Assembly: GCA_951406725.2 (NCBI GenBank)
Contig: OX597824.1
Span: 36,394,001-36,458,000, forward strand
Origin: Octopus vulgaris
Lineage: Eukaryota
DNA length: 64,000 nucleotides
Direction: 5' to 3'
Below the pieces are notes generated by a model. It did not search any database. It saw nothing but the letters and a program-made list of their open reading frames with translations, and was not told the DNA's origin. The position numbers and the translations under genes are program-made. Of this stretch, positions 1 to 12,522 are shown in pieces (the first letter of the stretch is position 1; each line of letters begins with the position of its first letter).

Positions 1-400
1 GTGCAGTATGTTCAGACCAACTGATATACCTTATCCATGACTCACCAGACTTGACGAATTTCCATATTCCCATCGTCGCGTAGGCTAAAGCTTTCCTGTG
101 GCACAGAGTTGCGATTTAGGGAAGCTACAGATCTTAGCTTTGAACGAACGTACATCAGTTGGTAGGCCAGGACGTGTCCGAAAGGTAATTCTGTTTTCGC
201 GCCGAGCCCTATCAGCGGCTAGATGGTATGCCCGCGCCTCAGTAGAGTTCGAAAACAACAGCTTAATCAATCTGGGTTTGGATCCTGGTCAGTCAAAGCG
301 GAAAGCACTTTTTGGAGGAACACAGCTTAGGTCTTTAGATGTGTTGCCAGTAAATGCCTGTAGATCTATCACATCTTCCGATAGAATCCCATTTCTATGA
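1..400 (-). mobile_element. CR1/L2-like LINE remnant (ORF1-like part); duplicate of 22442-22841
   Basis: Nearly identical to 22442-22841, which is contiguous with an APE-type endonuclease remnant. Minus-strand peptide (F)DRPGSKPRLIKLLF resembles LINE ORF1 C-terminal regions. Confidence 0.6.
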
Positions 401-1039
401 AAACATATTAAAATTAGAATTTTAAAGTTTTATTATTCACACTCAGCAAAATCTCTGCTGAAGTAAATGATGCATAGATGTCTCCATTAATCTTAATCGT
501 CTGGATCCTTAACTTTAAATGTAGAAACCATGTTATAGGTGGGGTTTAACTAAACTAAAACAAAATAGTTATAGTATTTTTTAAAAACTTTTCCAGACTT
601 TTATGAGATTGGAGAGACTTTTATGAAAAGAATGGATGAAAAATTATTTCAGAAACTAAAATGATACAGACTGATGAATAGAATAGATTACTGTATTATC
701 AATTTGAATCCGTAGTGATTATTACTAATTTACTGTTTGATTTCCTAGAATGTAACCAATTAAGATTGCTTCTAATTTTTATTGAGTGGATTCCGTAGCT
801 AAAGCAATTGATATTAACGAGCAATTGAGCAATTGATATTATAGATAAATAAGCACATACTTCGTTAATTCACCTTAAATGTCAGGTAGTAATTTACAAA
901 TAACTCGTGAATTATTTATAATGATAACAATTATTCAGTATATTGGTACAAAAATTTCTTCTCTTCAAGTGTCGGTAAGCAGTAGATTGAATTGATGTGG
1001 ATACTGAGGGGGGGGGGCCCACGTAATGATTAGACTGAC

Positions 1040-1049
1040 TATATAAATA
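1040..1049 (+). promoter_or_regulatory. TATA box of M4 protease copy 1
   Basis: TATATAAATA 85 nt upstream of the ATG at 1125; conserved in copy 2. Confidence 0.6.
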
Positions 1050-1124
1050 AGAGTCAGCAATGATTGAGATACATCTTGAGCTGGTTTTTGAAAAGAGCAT
1101 AGGATTTGTGAATATTACACAATC

Positions 1125-1173
1125 ATGAGGCATTTGATGGTTATATTTTATTCCTGGCATCTCCTATTTGGCA
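1125..1173 (+). CDS. M4 metalloprotease copy 1, exon 1 (N-terminal part of signal peptide)
   Basis: Reads MRHLMVIFYSWHLLFG plus one A, then a GTAAGT donor at 1174. The phase-1 junction joins the acceptor tttttttag|GT at 6385 (codon AGT, Ser), giving MRHLMVIFYSWHLLFGSLLLIKTSDA-AYRV, a plausible signal peptide. Confidence 0.88.
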
Positions 1174-1599
1174 GTAAGTATATTTTCAAGAATTTTTTAT
1201 TATTGAATTTACATGTATTTTATCTTTATATTTTCTGATTATGACAAATTACTTGTTTTCTACATGAAACATTTTATAGAACTTAGGTTTTACTTATGGA
1301 TATTATTTCAATACTTATATGATAGACAGTGGAAACAATGAAGGGTAAAGTTGCTATCACCGTCGAGATATGAACCCAGGTTGTAAATATATGATATTGA
1401 TCATAGCAAAATATGTATTACTCATCTCTAGCATTGCAGTCAGGAGTCTGCTGAGGCACATACACTCAAACACACGTTCGTTCGCTTTATTTTGGTCGCA
1501 CTGCCTTCCAGACGTGCGCCAAAAGTTGGCCCTCTTGTGTTTATGTATCCAAGCTTACTTTGATTGCTCCAGTTTTCTTTCTTGTGTTACAGAGTAAAC

Positions 1600-1720
1600 A
1601 TGGCTGCTCCACTGAAATTGTGCACCAAGGAAGAATAGAGATCTGTGACTTGTTTTTTCTGGTCTAAAGATGTGTTAGGGGCTGAAATTCATTGCAGGCT
1701 TTAGTACGATACAGAGATAT
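1600..1720 (+). mobile_element. Mariner transposase N-terminal remnant in intron (also 24069-24190)
   Basis: Decayed translation MAAPLKLCTKEE*RSV..FFWSKDVLGAEIHCRL matches the mariner N-terminal HTH pattern. Confidence 0.55.
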
Positions 1721-3646
1721 CACTCTACAACTTAGAAGTTCAATAATGGCAAGTCAAGCATGAAGTTTGCTGCCAATGAACATCATTTGAATTTGTAGCA
1801 CCCTCTTTTTTCCTTCATTGAAGTACCTTACAAAAAACAGACCACAAAACTTGTTTGTGACACGATCATATTTTACAAAATTGGCGTTGAATATATCCAC
1901 TTTTCATATATTTTAGCTTTGCCATTATTTTAAACATGTTCCAAACGACACCTTGCTAATTTTGAATATTTGGAATCAAATATGATTTCAGCTGTATTTG
2001 ACTGAATACACTTGTTGCTGATAAATATTGTTGCTTTCTTGCTTGTGTTCTGAGTTTTGTTCTAGACTGCGTTGTATTACTGTCTCTATAATTTTGTACA
2101 ACTGCTTTAAAGTTTGATTAGCTCGGTGAAAAGCTCGGTGAAATCTGCATATTCACTTGTTGATTTTTTTTTTGGTATGGTTCCATATATTATCAATTTG
2201 TTTTAGTTAAGATCGAAATTTTAGAGATCTCTTTTGGTTCTTATAGGATATCTGTGTTTTTGTCTTCCCACATGAGTCAGACTTTGCTGACGTTTTTCTT
2301 CTTTGGATGGTAAATGTGAACATAGAACTAAGTGGGTTTTTTTCATGTGCAAAGAAATATAAAGAAAAGATAAATTGAAAATGCGCTTGAAATTCTTGGA
2401 AAAAAAATATTTTTATTTACTTAAATGGTTTCAAAATGTCATAATTTCTAAATATTCTGTGAACTGGAGAGATGCAGAATTGGAGGTATATTTTTATAAT
2501 AATATACATACATGCATACATACTTATATACATATATGCATAAATACATACATACATACATACATACATACGTACATAAATACATACATATATACGTACA
2601 TACATACATACATCACTGGAACTGTAAAAATCTGTAAAAGTTTTTAGTTTATGATTGAAAAATGACCATATCTAGATATGTAAGTATATGCATGAGAAGG
2701 CATACTTAAAGCAAAAAATACAAATCTGCACGTACGCGTACATACAAACATACAAACATACATACATACATACATACATACATACAAAAATACCCTGTTG
2801 ATGTTGAAGTTCCAATGAAGGAGCCTTGGATGTTGGGTGACAAACACATACACGCAAACATATACACACACATAGCTAAGAGATATAAAATCCGTATGCC
2901 GTCTTCAGTATAATATACCCGAAAAAATATAAATGCAAATATCTTTACATACTCAAACGAATAATACATATTCATACATACATATACATAAATCTGCACG
3001 TATATACAAGTCAAATTTAATTCAATCACCTCAACCACATGCGTTTACGCTCAAAATAATACCCCAGTGAATATAAATTGATCGGAGTAAAACATATATA
3101 TTTATACATGATTAAGGAAAGAATCATTGTAAAGATTTTATCAAGTGGCCAGTGTATAATAAAAACCATATAGGGACAATTAATACTGATATATAATTAT
3201 ACAGATACAATTATAGTAAATGGTTCTGATAAACATCAACACGCTAGAAGTAGACATCAAATAGCTCTAAACTATCTACTACCAGTCAACTTACCGCACC
3301 AAATTCCTTCTTCCTCTCACTCTCTCATATTTTTTCTTCATTCTTCCTTTCTCCCTACATTTATATACCTCTTTCATACTGTACCCTCTACACATTCTGA
3401 TTGAATCTTCTTTGTGTCAAATGGTACCTCCTTGCAACAATATAGCCTTTAATCTAATCAAGATATACTTGGCCTTAAGAGTAGCCCGCGGTATACGCCT
3501 CACTTGGATTTTACCATTTCTGAAATTCCACTTGGAGAAGAGAAGTAACGCGTGCGTTCGGTCATATAGTAATATAATAAATAAAAAAAATATATGCATA
3601 TATACATACATATATGTACATACTTACATCTACATGTATATATACA

Positions 3647-3690
<44 letters not shown>

Positions 3691-3852
3691 TACAGGACCC
3701 CACAAATAAACGTAGAACACAACGAGAGACGAGAATATAAAATCAAACAAAGAAACGGACTTTTTTTAAACAACGAAAAAACAGAGTACAGGACAAACAA
3801 TAAAAGGAAAATTCCCCTTCATCAGCTGTCCCTGGTTCGACTCAAAATGTGT

Positions 3853-3886
<34 letters not shown>

Positions 3887-3904
3887 TGTGTGTGTGTTTG
3901 TGTG

Positions 3905-3942
<38 letters not shown>

Positions 3943-3993
3943 GAGAGAGAGGGGGGCGGAGAGAGGAGAAAGAGATAGATATATACGTATATG

Positions 3994-5194
3994 TACTGGG
4001 TCGGGAAAAAGTTTGTACCAGTTTTTATGTAAAATTCATTAACAATACTTAGATTGTTGTACACACCTTTACTCAACCACATACTTGCCAATTTGTTCCA
4101 CTACTTTTCGTCATCTTTGAAGCAGCATCATGATCCCATCCTCCCAGAGCTTAGCATTTTCCTGGGTCAATGACTGGTCTAAGTGGCTATTATAAATGAT
4201 AATCCGAAGGTGCAAGGTCAGGTAAGTACGATGTGTAGGGCAGGACATCCAACCCAAACTGCACCAATTTCTGCCTGGTCTCCAAAGAAACGTGTGGTCT
4301 AGCGTTGTCCCTTTTGGTTGGCCAATTCTGAACGTTTTTCATCAATTGCCACCTTTAAACAGTCTAATTGGGAACAATAATAGTCTGAATTTAACGTCTG
4401 ATTTTGTGGAAGTAGCTCATAATACACAGTACCCTTCCAATCCCACCAGATACAGAGCATCACCTTCTTCGGATACAGACCAGTTTTGGAGAAATTGAAG
4501 GTGGTTCATCTCGTTTTCACCAGGACCTCTTTCGTTTTATGTTGTTGTAAATAATCCATTTCTCATCACACGTGACTACTCATTTCCAAAATGTATCAAT
4601 TTTGTTTCCTCAGATTAGAGAACCGTAGATGGAAATGCGCTCGATTAAATATTTTTCTGTTAAGCTTTGAGGCACCCAAACATCGTAGCAATTCATATAA
4701 CCAAGTGTTTTTAAATATTTTATAACGCTCGCATGAGATACGTGGATAATCTCTGCGATGTCTCGTACTGTGTAACATAGGTTATTGTATTTTCATAAAA
4801 GTCTCAATTTGTTCATTATCAACGACTGTAGGCCTGCCAGAAAGTTCACGATTTCCAGGTCAAAATTTTTGGTTATAAACCTAGCGAACGACTTACAGAG
4901 AGTAGTTTCAGATATAACACCATCTCCGTAAACAGCGCATATCTTCTTTGCTGTTTGTCCAGCGTTTTTGCCTCCCCGGAAACGAAAGAGCGTTAAATGA
5001 GGAATATGAATTTCATGCTCTTTCTTTTTCAATTTTATCGTAAGAACAGTAGAAGTAAATAATCCGCACAAATTTAAAACTGCAAAATGCGTTGAGATCC
5101 ACTTTTCTAGAAAATATACTAGTCATTTTCTGTCACGTGATAAAACATATCACCTATTGAAGAACGCGACGAACTTTTTTACCAACCCAATGTA
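3994..5194 (-). mobile_element. Decayed near-full-length mariner element in M4 intron
   Basis: Imperfect TIRs (TActgggtcgggaaaaagtt / aactttttt-accaacccaatgTA). ORF 4793-5071 (GKNAGQTAKKICAVYGDGVISETTLCKSFARF) is a mariner HTH region. Confidence 0.85.
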
Positions 5195-5487
5195 TGAATA
5201 TTTGTATCCATATATTTGTATGTATATGTATATAGATCTGGGTGTGTGGGTATACTTTTCATGTGATAATGTATACACATATTTTCACTGATAGATCTAA
5301 TTACAGTTTCTTTGCATCTATGTGTACCTTTCCTTATAAAGCCTTAACATTAATGTTATTTCAAGGGAGTGGGGCCTTGAATGTCATTCCTTTCACACAT
5401 GTGTTTATCTTCTCACTGCTAATGCTTTTGGATGTATATGCATAAATGTAGATGTTTCTTCCCAAATAAATTTCACTTCATATTTCA

Positions 5488-5568
5488 GGCTCTGATGAAG
5501 CAATGTTTGTTTCGCAGGAACTCAACTATGAGTCTACATCATCTTACTGCAGAAACAGTTGTACAGTA
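5488..5568 (+). ncRNA. Degenerate hammerhead-ribozyme-like motif in intron (also about 28224-28308)
   Basis: CTGATGA(5492)...GAAAC-AGTT-GTA(5552-5563); stems I and II are imperfect. Confidence 0.3.
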
Positions 5569-6384
5569 ATGACGTTCACAATACAATTGTTTATCACTCT
5601 GTCGTCTGATTTTCGATACTCTGACGATTAGTGGAGCCTGGGCTGATAGCTGAACATACAAATTCGTCGCAGAAAAAGGTGTCACAGTAATTTAACTTAC
5701 CTGTGGATACAGGGAAGAATGACTTTAGAAATCTAAGAGAAAGATGTCATTGCTAGGAATAATGGATTTACTGACATAAATCTTACATACCTTTGTTGAG
5801 ATCAATGGCTCGGGAAGTGAATTTCTTGGGAACAGAATATAAAACTTAACTCACTTTATGCATCAAGTGCCATTTATTATTTATGCCGTGGTGTACACAT
5901 GTAAATGAGTTACAATAGAATCTTTATAGAAAACATTTGTAATGTGTTTGGAATTGTTCACTTTTATGTTCTGTTGAAATAATACATAACCGATGTGCAG
6001 ACCTTAGTTAACTTGTAGTTTCCAGATACTGATCGTTGTTTTACTAAAAGAACACTCGCTTCCATTCGCTTAAAACTAATCACTCCTTGTAACAAATCAC
6101 CTCCCTATTTCATCAAATATTAAATTAACTGCATGAACAAACTGAATATCTCTTTGGATGAATTTATTCGCACTAAAATAGGTTAGACTGATGTAATTTT
6201 TTTTTATTGGGCAATATATATTATATTATAAGCTCATATTTCTATTAATTTGAATTGTTAAATAATTTAATTCTTTGTTGTTCCGTCACTATGTTTGTAT
6301 GTATTGTTAAAAAATTAGTCTTTTTTAAAAAAAAATTCTGATGGTTCTGTTATTAATAATTGTAATGTTTTCTTTTTTTTTTAG

Positions 6385-8305
6385 GTTTGTTACTGATAAA
6401 GACATCTGATGCAGCTTATCGTGTTGATGCCCATGAAAGAGCAAGGAGGATGATTTATCATCCCTCAGCTCCGTTTCAGCGGCGTCATTTAGATAAAGCT
6501 GAAGTAACAGTCAGAGATCTTCTTGGTTTGAAGGAGTATGAAGAAGTTGAAGAGTCAAACCGTATCAAAACAGTTGAAGGCACAGAAGTTTTACGCTTAC
6601 AAGAGAAGTTCTTAGGTGTTCCTGTTTTTGATGCTTCATTAACTGTTACAGAAGATAAAGATGGACATTTGACTGGTGATGCAACAGGAACATTTATTCA
6701 AGGAATTGAAGATGATATTACAAATGTAAAACCAAAGCTTTCCAAATCAGATGTCTTTGATATTGCTTTTAAAGCAGAGGGAGATGAGATTTACGCAAAT
6801 AGTATCGAACCAGAATATGAAATTATGATTTTCATGGATGAAAATGACAAACCTCGATTAGTATACAATATTAATTATCGAATAGAAAATGAAATAGTTA
6901 TTAAACGGCCTACATTTGTCATTGATGGTAACACTGGAGAAATACTGTTGAAATATAACAATTTAGATACAATTTCCAGAGTACTGACTGGTTCCGGCGG
7001 TAATGAAAAATCAGGAATATACAAATTTAGTGAGAAAAATCACAAAGCTTTTGTAACTCAAATTGGTGACATGTGTTTCCTTGAAAACAATTATGTAAAG
7101 GTTATAGACATGAAAAACAGTTTTGAGGCAGACTCTAATAATACAGATCCTATGTATTATCTTTGTGACGTTGGTTTTAATGATAGTGTCAATGCAGCGT
7201 CATCTCCAGCACTTGATGCTTTCTATTACGGCAGTGTAGTATCTCAAATGTTTCAGGAATGGTATAATACTTCAATACTAAACGAACAAGCTATATTGCG
7301 TGTTCACTTTGGAGAAGATTTTGAAAACGCATTTTGGGATGGGACATATTGCACATTTGGTGATGGCTATAAATACTTTTATCCTTTAACAGATGCTGAT
7401 ATTATCGGGCATGAACTTGCCCATGGCTTCACAGAACAACACTCTGGATTGCTTTACTTTAATCAGTCTGGATCTATGAATGAGGCTTTTTCTGATATGA
7501 CTGGAGAGGTCACTGAAGCTTATGCAAGTGGGAATGACTGGTTAATTGGCTTCAACATCATGAAAGATGAGGAAGCATTGAGATTTATGGCAGACCCATC
7601 CCTGGACAATATATCTATAAGTCATGTAGATAACTTCACAGAAAATATGAATCCCCATCATGGAAGTGGTATTTATAATTTTATTTTTTACTACATTGTG
7701 CAGGAATTAAATATGGATATCAAGGAAGCTTATCGAGTTTTCCTTATTGCCAATGAAATATATTGGCATCCTCATACAGATTTCACTTCAGGGGCTTGTG
7801 ATACTTTGAAGGTTGCCTATGATCTTGGGAAAGATCTAACCCCTTTATTAAAGCCTATGAACTTGTGGGAATTAAACCATGTGATGTAGAGAAACATATT
7901 CGAGGATTGCCATTTAACAAAACAGTCTCAGGTATCACAGTGTCAGTTAAAACAAACCCAGTCTTTGATTTTGTTTATCCAAGCTGGGCTGGGAATATTA
8001 CAATTACTGCCACTAGTATGTGTGGCAAAGTTCATATTAAGGTATCAAAGAGCAATATGATAACAGAGGAAGAAGGTTCAGATGGTTCAGATCTAGTTAC
8101 ATTATTAGCTGAAGGCACATCAGAATTGAATTTGGGGAAGCCTGAAGGACATAAGTTCTTTGTCAAATTATCTCCAGAATCTACTGAAAATTTACAGGAT
8201 GTTAGTATACGTGTTACTTATGGCTGTGATCCAGATTATGTTGGAGAGTCATATATGAGTTATATAGTTCAAATGATGATTTGTAATGAAGATTATGGGT
8301 ATTAA
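6385..8305 (+). pseudogene. M4 (pseudolysin/vibriolysin-like) metalloprotease copy 1, exon 2; frameshifted near 7841 (pseudogene or sequence error)
   Basis: ORFs 6387-7889 and 7865-8305 together align to the single 634-aa ORF of copy 2. HELAH at 7410-7424, GSMNEAFSD and PHHGSGIYN are present. The C-run has 4 C (7840-7843) versus 5 C in copy 2 (30598-30602). Confidence 0.9.
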
Positions 8306-8318
8306 ATATATAATCAGA

Positions 8319-9251
8319 CTAGCTTAAGGTGACACGCTCTACGCGCGGGTGAGTGTGTGGTTGTTACTTTGTGTTGCTTCCTTTCTATATCTTATCAGCA
8401 CATTCTCCCTCTTTGTTTCTCTCTCCTTTCTCTCTCACTTTCCCACTCTCTTACTCTTCCTTTCTCTCGGACTCTCCCTCGCTTTCTCTTACTCTCTATC
8501 TTTCTCTATCTATCTATCTCCCATTTATAAAGAACAAAACATCTTGAGTGAGTTGAGAAAGAAGTATTTTGTAAGATCAATCACAAATATCAGGCAGCGA
8601 CAACGAAAGGCCTGCTTCAAGGCAGACAGCAAAACACTAAAATTTAGAAGGGACAGGCGAACTTGCGAGCTGAACAAAAATGAAAAAATATTGGAAACTA
8701 AATTTTTTATCTTGATGTAACAGAGAATTCCTAAACACACCCTCCTGTGAATTTTAATCCCCTTCCAGTCCCATTTAGACCCCTTTTCATATAGAAATCC
8801 AATTAGTATCAACGTAATCATTCACCGTTCTGAAAGGCCTGTGGCGGGAATATTTAAACTTTTGCGGTTGTCAAAACTTTCTCTCTATAAATACAGACAG
8901 ACATACAGTAAGAGAGGTAGTGATAGAAAGAATAACAGCGACGGCGAAGCTGTCAAACGTCGTTATAGAGAGTAATTGGAGGGGAGGTAGGAAAGAGAGA
9001 GACGGAGGAAGAGAGGGTGATATACGAAAGGGAAAAAGCACAAACACTTGTCAAAATGTGGGTTTTGTTGCCCTAGAAACCACAGCTTTTGAGATAGGGG
9101 TTTCTAGCACTAGTCCACTCACTTCCTCGCCTCTTTTTACATGTCTCTGTAAATTTTGGAGCCAATCCGATCCCATCTAGTACCCCTTAACCCGTTCCAA
9201 TCGCAAAATGAGACAAACAAACTTTTCGCTTTTCAGCTTTATAGATGTTGA
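8319..9251 (-). mobile_element. Non-autonomous Helitron inserted in 3' UTR of M4 copy 1
   Basis: Minus strand reads A|TC...CTAG|T with no TSD and a GC-rich hairpin near the CTAG end. The empty site taatcaga|tttttaac is visible in copy 2 at about 31047-31062. Confidence 0.92.
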
Positions 9252-9962
9252 TGTTTAACTAATGATTTCATGAATAATTAATATATCCAATAATCTACAA
9301 TTTAATCAATAGATATTTCATAATTGCTTGCATTTGCAGATGAGAGCAATTTTTTTTTTTTTAATATTTAATTGAAAATACAAATGGAAAATGAAAACAT
9401 ACATAATTTGAATCTTAATTGTTACATTAAAGAATACCATATTTCAAATTTCAGAATTATCCTCTTTTATTTTACTGATGTACTGCATTTGTAATGTTTG
9501 CAGACTTTTGAATGTTGCACTGCCACTCAGAGTTCCCATGTTAAATCCACTACAGTAGTAGTTGGAAATGGAAAATGAAGCCAGTAGTAGAAAATAAAAA
9601 AAAAAAAAAATAAAATATCCAGCTGTATGCCTAGAGAACAGATAAGCGATAAGCATAGGGTTAGACCCAAGAATATGCAATAGTGTGTCGTTTAGATTTG
9701 AAGAGTAGGAAGAAAAAGAGAGAAAAGGGAACAAAGAGGAACGAAAGTAAAGAAAAACAATGGTCATCATTAAGTGGAAAAACTAACAGAAGTGAGGAGA
9801 GATTTTACTGACTGCCACAATCTTGTCGTCCAATTTAGTAAGGATAAAATGGTGATGTTCTCTCTGCGGATATACAAGGCGCTAGTACAACCGGTCTACC
9901 CACCTACTTCATAGAACATACACCTACACGCCAACAGAAATACACGTAGATATAAACAGACA

Positions 9963-10005
<43 letters not shown>

Positions 10006-10156
10006 TAACACAAACACACACACACACACACACACACATGCATGAACACACAGAACATGTAAACACGTATTCGCACGTAAATACATATACAAACACACGT
10101 GTGGCTAATGGCGCGCGGTTACCCATAGCACACACACACACTCACACACACACACG

Positions 10157-10191
<35 letters not shown>

Positions 10192-10324
10192 ACATACGTT
10201 CGATATATATATATATATATAAATGAAAGAATGGAGTCGAACGAAGATGTTAACAAAATTCCTCTACCATGCTGATGATAAACATAGGATAATTCATTCA
10301 CCTATTTAAATATATATATATATA

Positions 10325-11404
10325 CTAGCTGAAGGTGACCCGCTCTACGCGCGGGTAAGAGTGTGGTTGTTACTTTCTGTTCAAATCTCTTTATTACATT
10401 CGTGAAAACACGTGATTATACTTCGTAAACAGTTCATCTACAGTTTTGTACAACGATCGAAGTGTAATTTTAATTCCGTGAATTTTGGGAGATTTTTTCC
10501 AAAATTTGTTCCTATTGTGTTTTCAAACTTTGTAATTCTGACAAAAAATGGATACGAATTTCCTCATATCAAGCAGCGAGTCAGAATTCGAAGGATTTTC
10601 TACTGAAGACCTTGATAAATCTAACTCTATGACTGAAAAAAAAAGCACGTGGTATTTGATAATGAATCTGATGTTTCATTTTCCGAAAGTGAAAACAGTG
10701 AATCCAAGAGCTCCGACAGCGATAAAGAAAATGAATTGGCACCTGAATGGAGGGAAAATTTAAAAACTGTTTCTTTCGGTGATTTTTCTGAAGAAACTGG
10801 ACCAAGCCACAGACTTTCCCAGGAGAGTAAAGCCTTAGACTATTTCTTTTTACTTTTTCGAATGAGCCTATTAGAAATCATTACGGCGGAAACGAACCGT
10901 TACGCTAAATGTAAACAAAGCGAAAGAAAGGATAGTTAGTGGTTTCCAACAACCTTAAATGAAATTAAGACTATTTTGCCATAAATATTATTATGGGTAT
11001 CAGAAAGTTACCCAGAATAACAAATTCTATCGTAAAATTTTGTTGTATACCCAATTGAATATAAGCTAATAACCCATTTTCTATAGCGATGTTTGAACAA
11101 AATTTTAATAATTTTATATTTTGTTGAATTTACCTGTATCTACCTGCAATTAGAGTCACTTTGTGACAAAAATTATAGTATAGAATTGGTTGAGAACATT
11201 TCATTCAATTATCTTCCAAAATTCACGTTAATATATTGATAAATAAAAAAGTTATAGTTGTTTAATGAAACCAGACTAACTTTATGATTATGTTAGAAAT
11301 TAATTGAAACACATAAGGGGTGTATTTTGGTCAGAAATATAGTAACGAAAGGGTTCATAGGTGTGCATATTTTCAGGTGAACTGACCGACCACATAATGC
11401 ACAC

Positions 11405-11470
<66 letters not shown>

Positions 11471-12150
11471 CGCATTATATATACAAATTATATATATATG
11501 TATAAATTAAATTAGAGATAAAACCACTAATAGGCAAAAAAAAACAAAAAAAAACATAAAAATATAATATAGAAAATATATAAAATTGAAAAATTTAAAT
11601 TATTTAAATTTAAAATAAAAATTATTAAATTATATTTATAATTTGTTTAAAAATATATATAACTATCAAAAAGTATTAAAAAGTTTAATATACATAAATA
11701 CAGATATATACACTTTGTATATATACATTATATATACATATTTATATATCGAACACACACACACACACACACACATATATAAATGAACGCAATGAATATC
11801 TGATTCATAATATTTGTTCTCATGATTGTGTGTTGTTGGTAGCGATGATAATTCTCCCTATGAATACATCAAAGAACGCCGCCTGACGAACTTATAAAGG
11901 GAAAGTGAAAGGGAGTTGAGCGGAATACATTAAACAACGGGAGTGGAATTCTCAAAGTTATTATGAAGGGGAGTAAGAGAGGGAAAGGAGGAAATAGCGT
12001 GAGTGAGGAAGATGGCCCCTAGCAACCACACCTTTCAACATAGGGATTTCTAAGGTAGCCCACGGGCATCGTCACCTCATTCTACATGTCCCTGTAAATT
12101 TTGGAGCAAATCGGACGGGACGTAGTGGCATTGAAAGTTTTATATATATA
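10325..12150 (-). mobile_element. Non-autonomous Helitron (same terminus family), carrying a piggyBac fragment
   Basis: Starts ctagctgaaggtgACCCGCtctacgcGCGGGT like 8319 and 12151. Its 11355-12140 segment matches about 13285-14320 of the next copy. Confidence 0.8.
10400..11353 (+). mobile_element. piggyBac transposon remnant (transposase N-terminus and right TIR)
   Basis: Acidic N-terminus then ALDYFFLLF..LLEIITAETNRYA..WFPTTLNEIK, typical of piggyBac transposases. The end gtaacgaaaggg (11342-11353) is the same TIR as the MITE at 62139-62359. Confidence 0.8.
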
Positions 12151-12216
12151 CTAGCTGAAGGTGACCCGCTCTACGCGCGGGTAAGAGTGTGGTTGTTACT
12201 TTCTATTGCTTCCTTT

Positions 12217-12522
12217 CAGCACGTAAAAAGCACCATCCGAACGTGGCCGATTGCAGCGCCGCCTTGACTTGCTTCTGTGCCGGTGGCACGTAAAAAGCAC
12301 CAACCGATCGTTGCCGCTGCGAGCCCCCCTGGCACTTGTGCCGGCGGCACGAAAAGAGCACCCACTACACTCACAGAGTGGTTGGCGTTAGGAAGGGCAT
12401 CCACCTGTAGAAACACTGCCAGATCAGACTGGAGCCTGGTGCAGCCTCCTGGCTTCCCAGACCCCGGTCACACTGTCTAACCCGTGCTAGCACGGAAAAC
12501 GGACGTTAAACGATGATGATGA
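12217..12522 (+). mobile_element. SINE 3' portion inserted within Helitron
   Basis: Contains ggaagggcatcca.ctgtagaaac and ends gcacggaaaacggacgttaaacgatgatgatgat. Absent from the equivalent site of the 8319 Helitron. Related copies lie at about 47560-47750, 56770-56960 and 59900-60070. Confidence 0.75.

Larger units (their letters stand above)
1..10130 (+). repeat. Segmental tandem duplication, copy 1 (extends off the left edge of the window)
   Basis: Position 1 (gtgcagtatgttcagaccaa) matches position 22442. The two segments stay collinear through the M4 gene and its 3' flank (about 9252-10130 vs 31055-32145), apart from microsatellite length changes, a few indels and one Helitron insertion. 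Confidence 0.95.

Noticed and set aside
7865-8305. Separate 146-aa gene
   Set aside because: It is the frameshifted C-terminal part of M4 copy 1, collinear with the end of copy 2.
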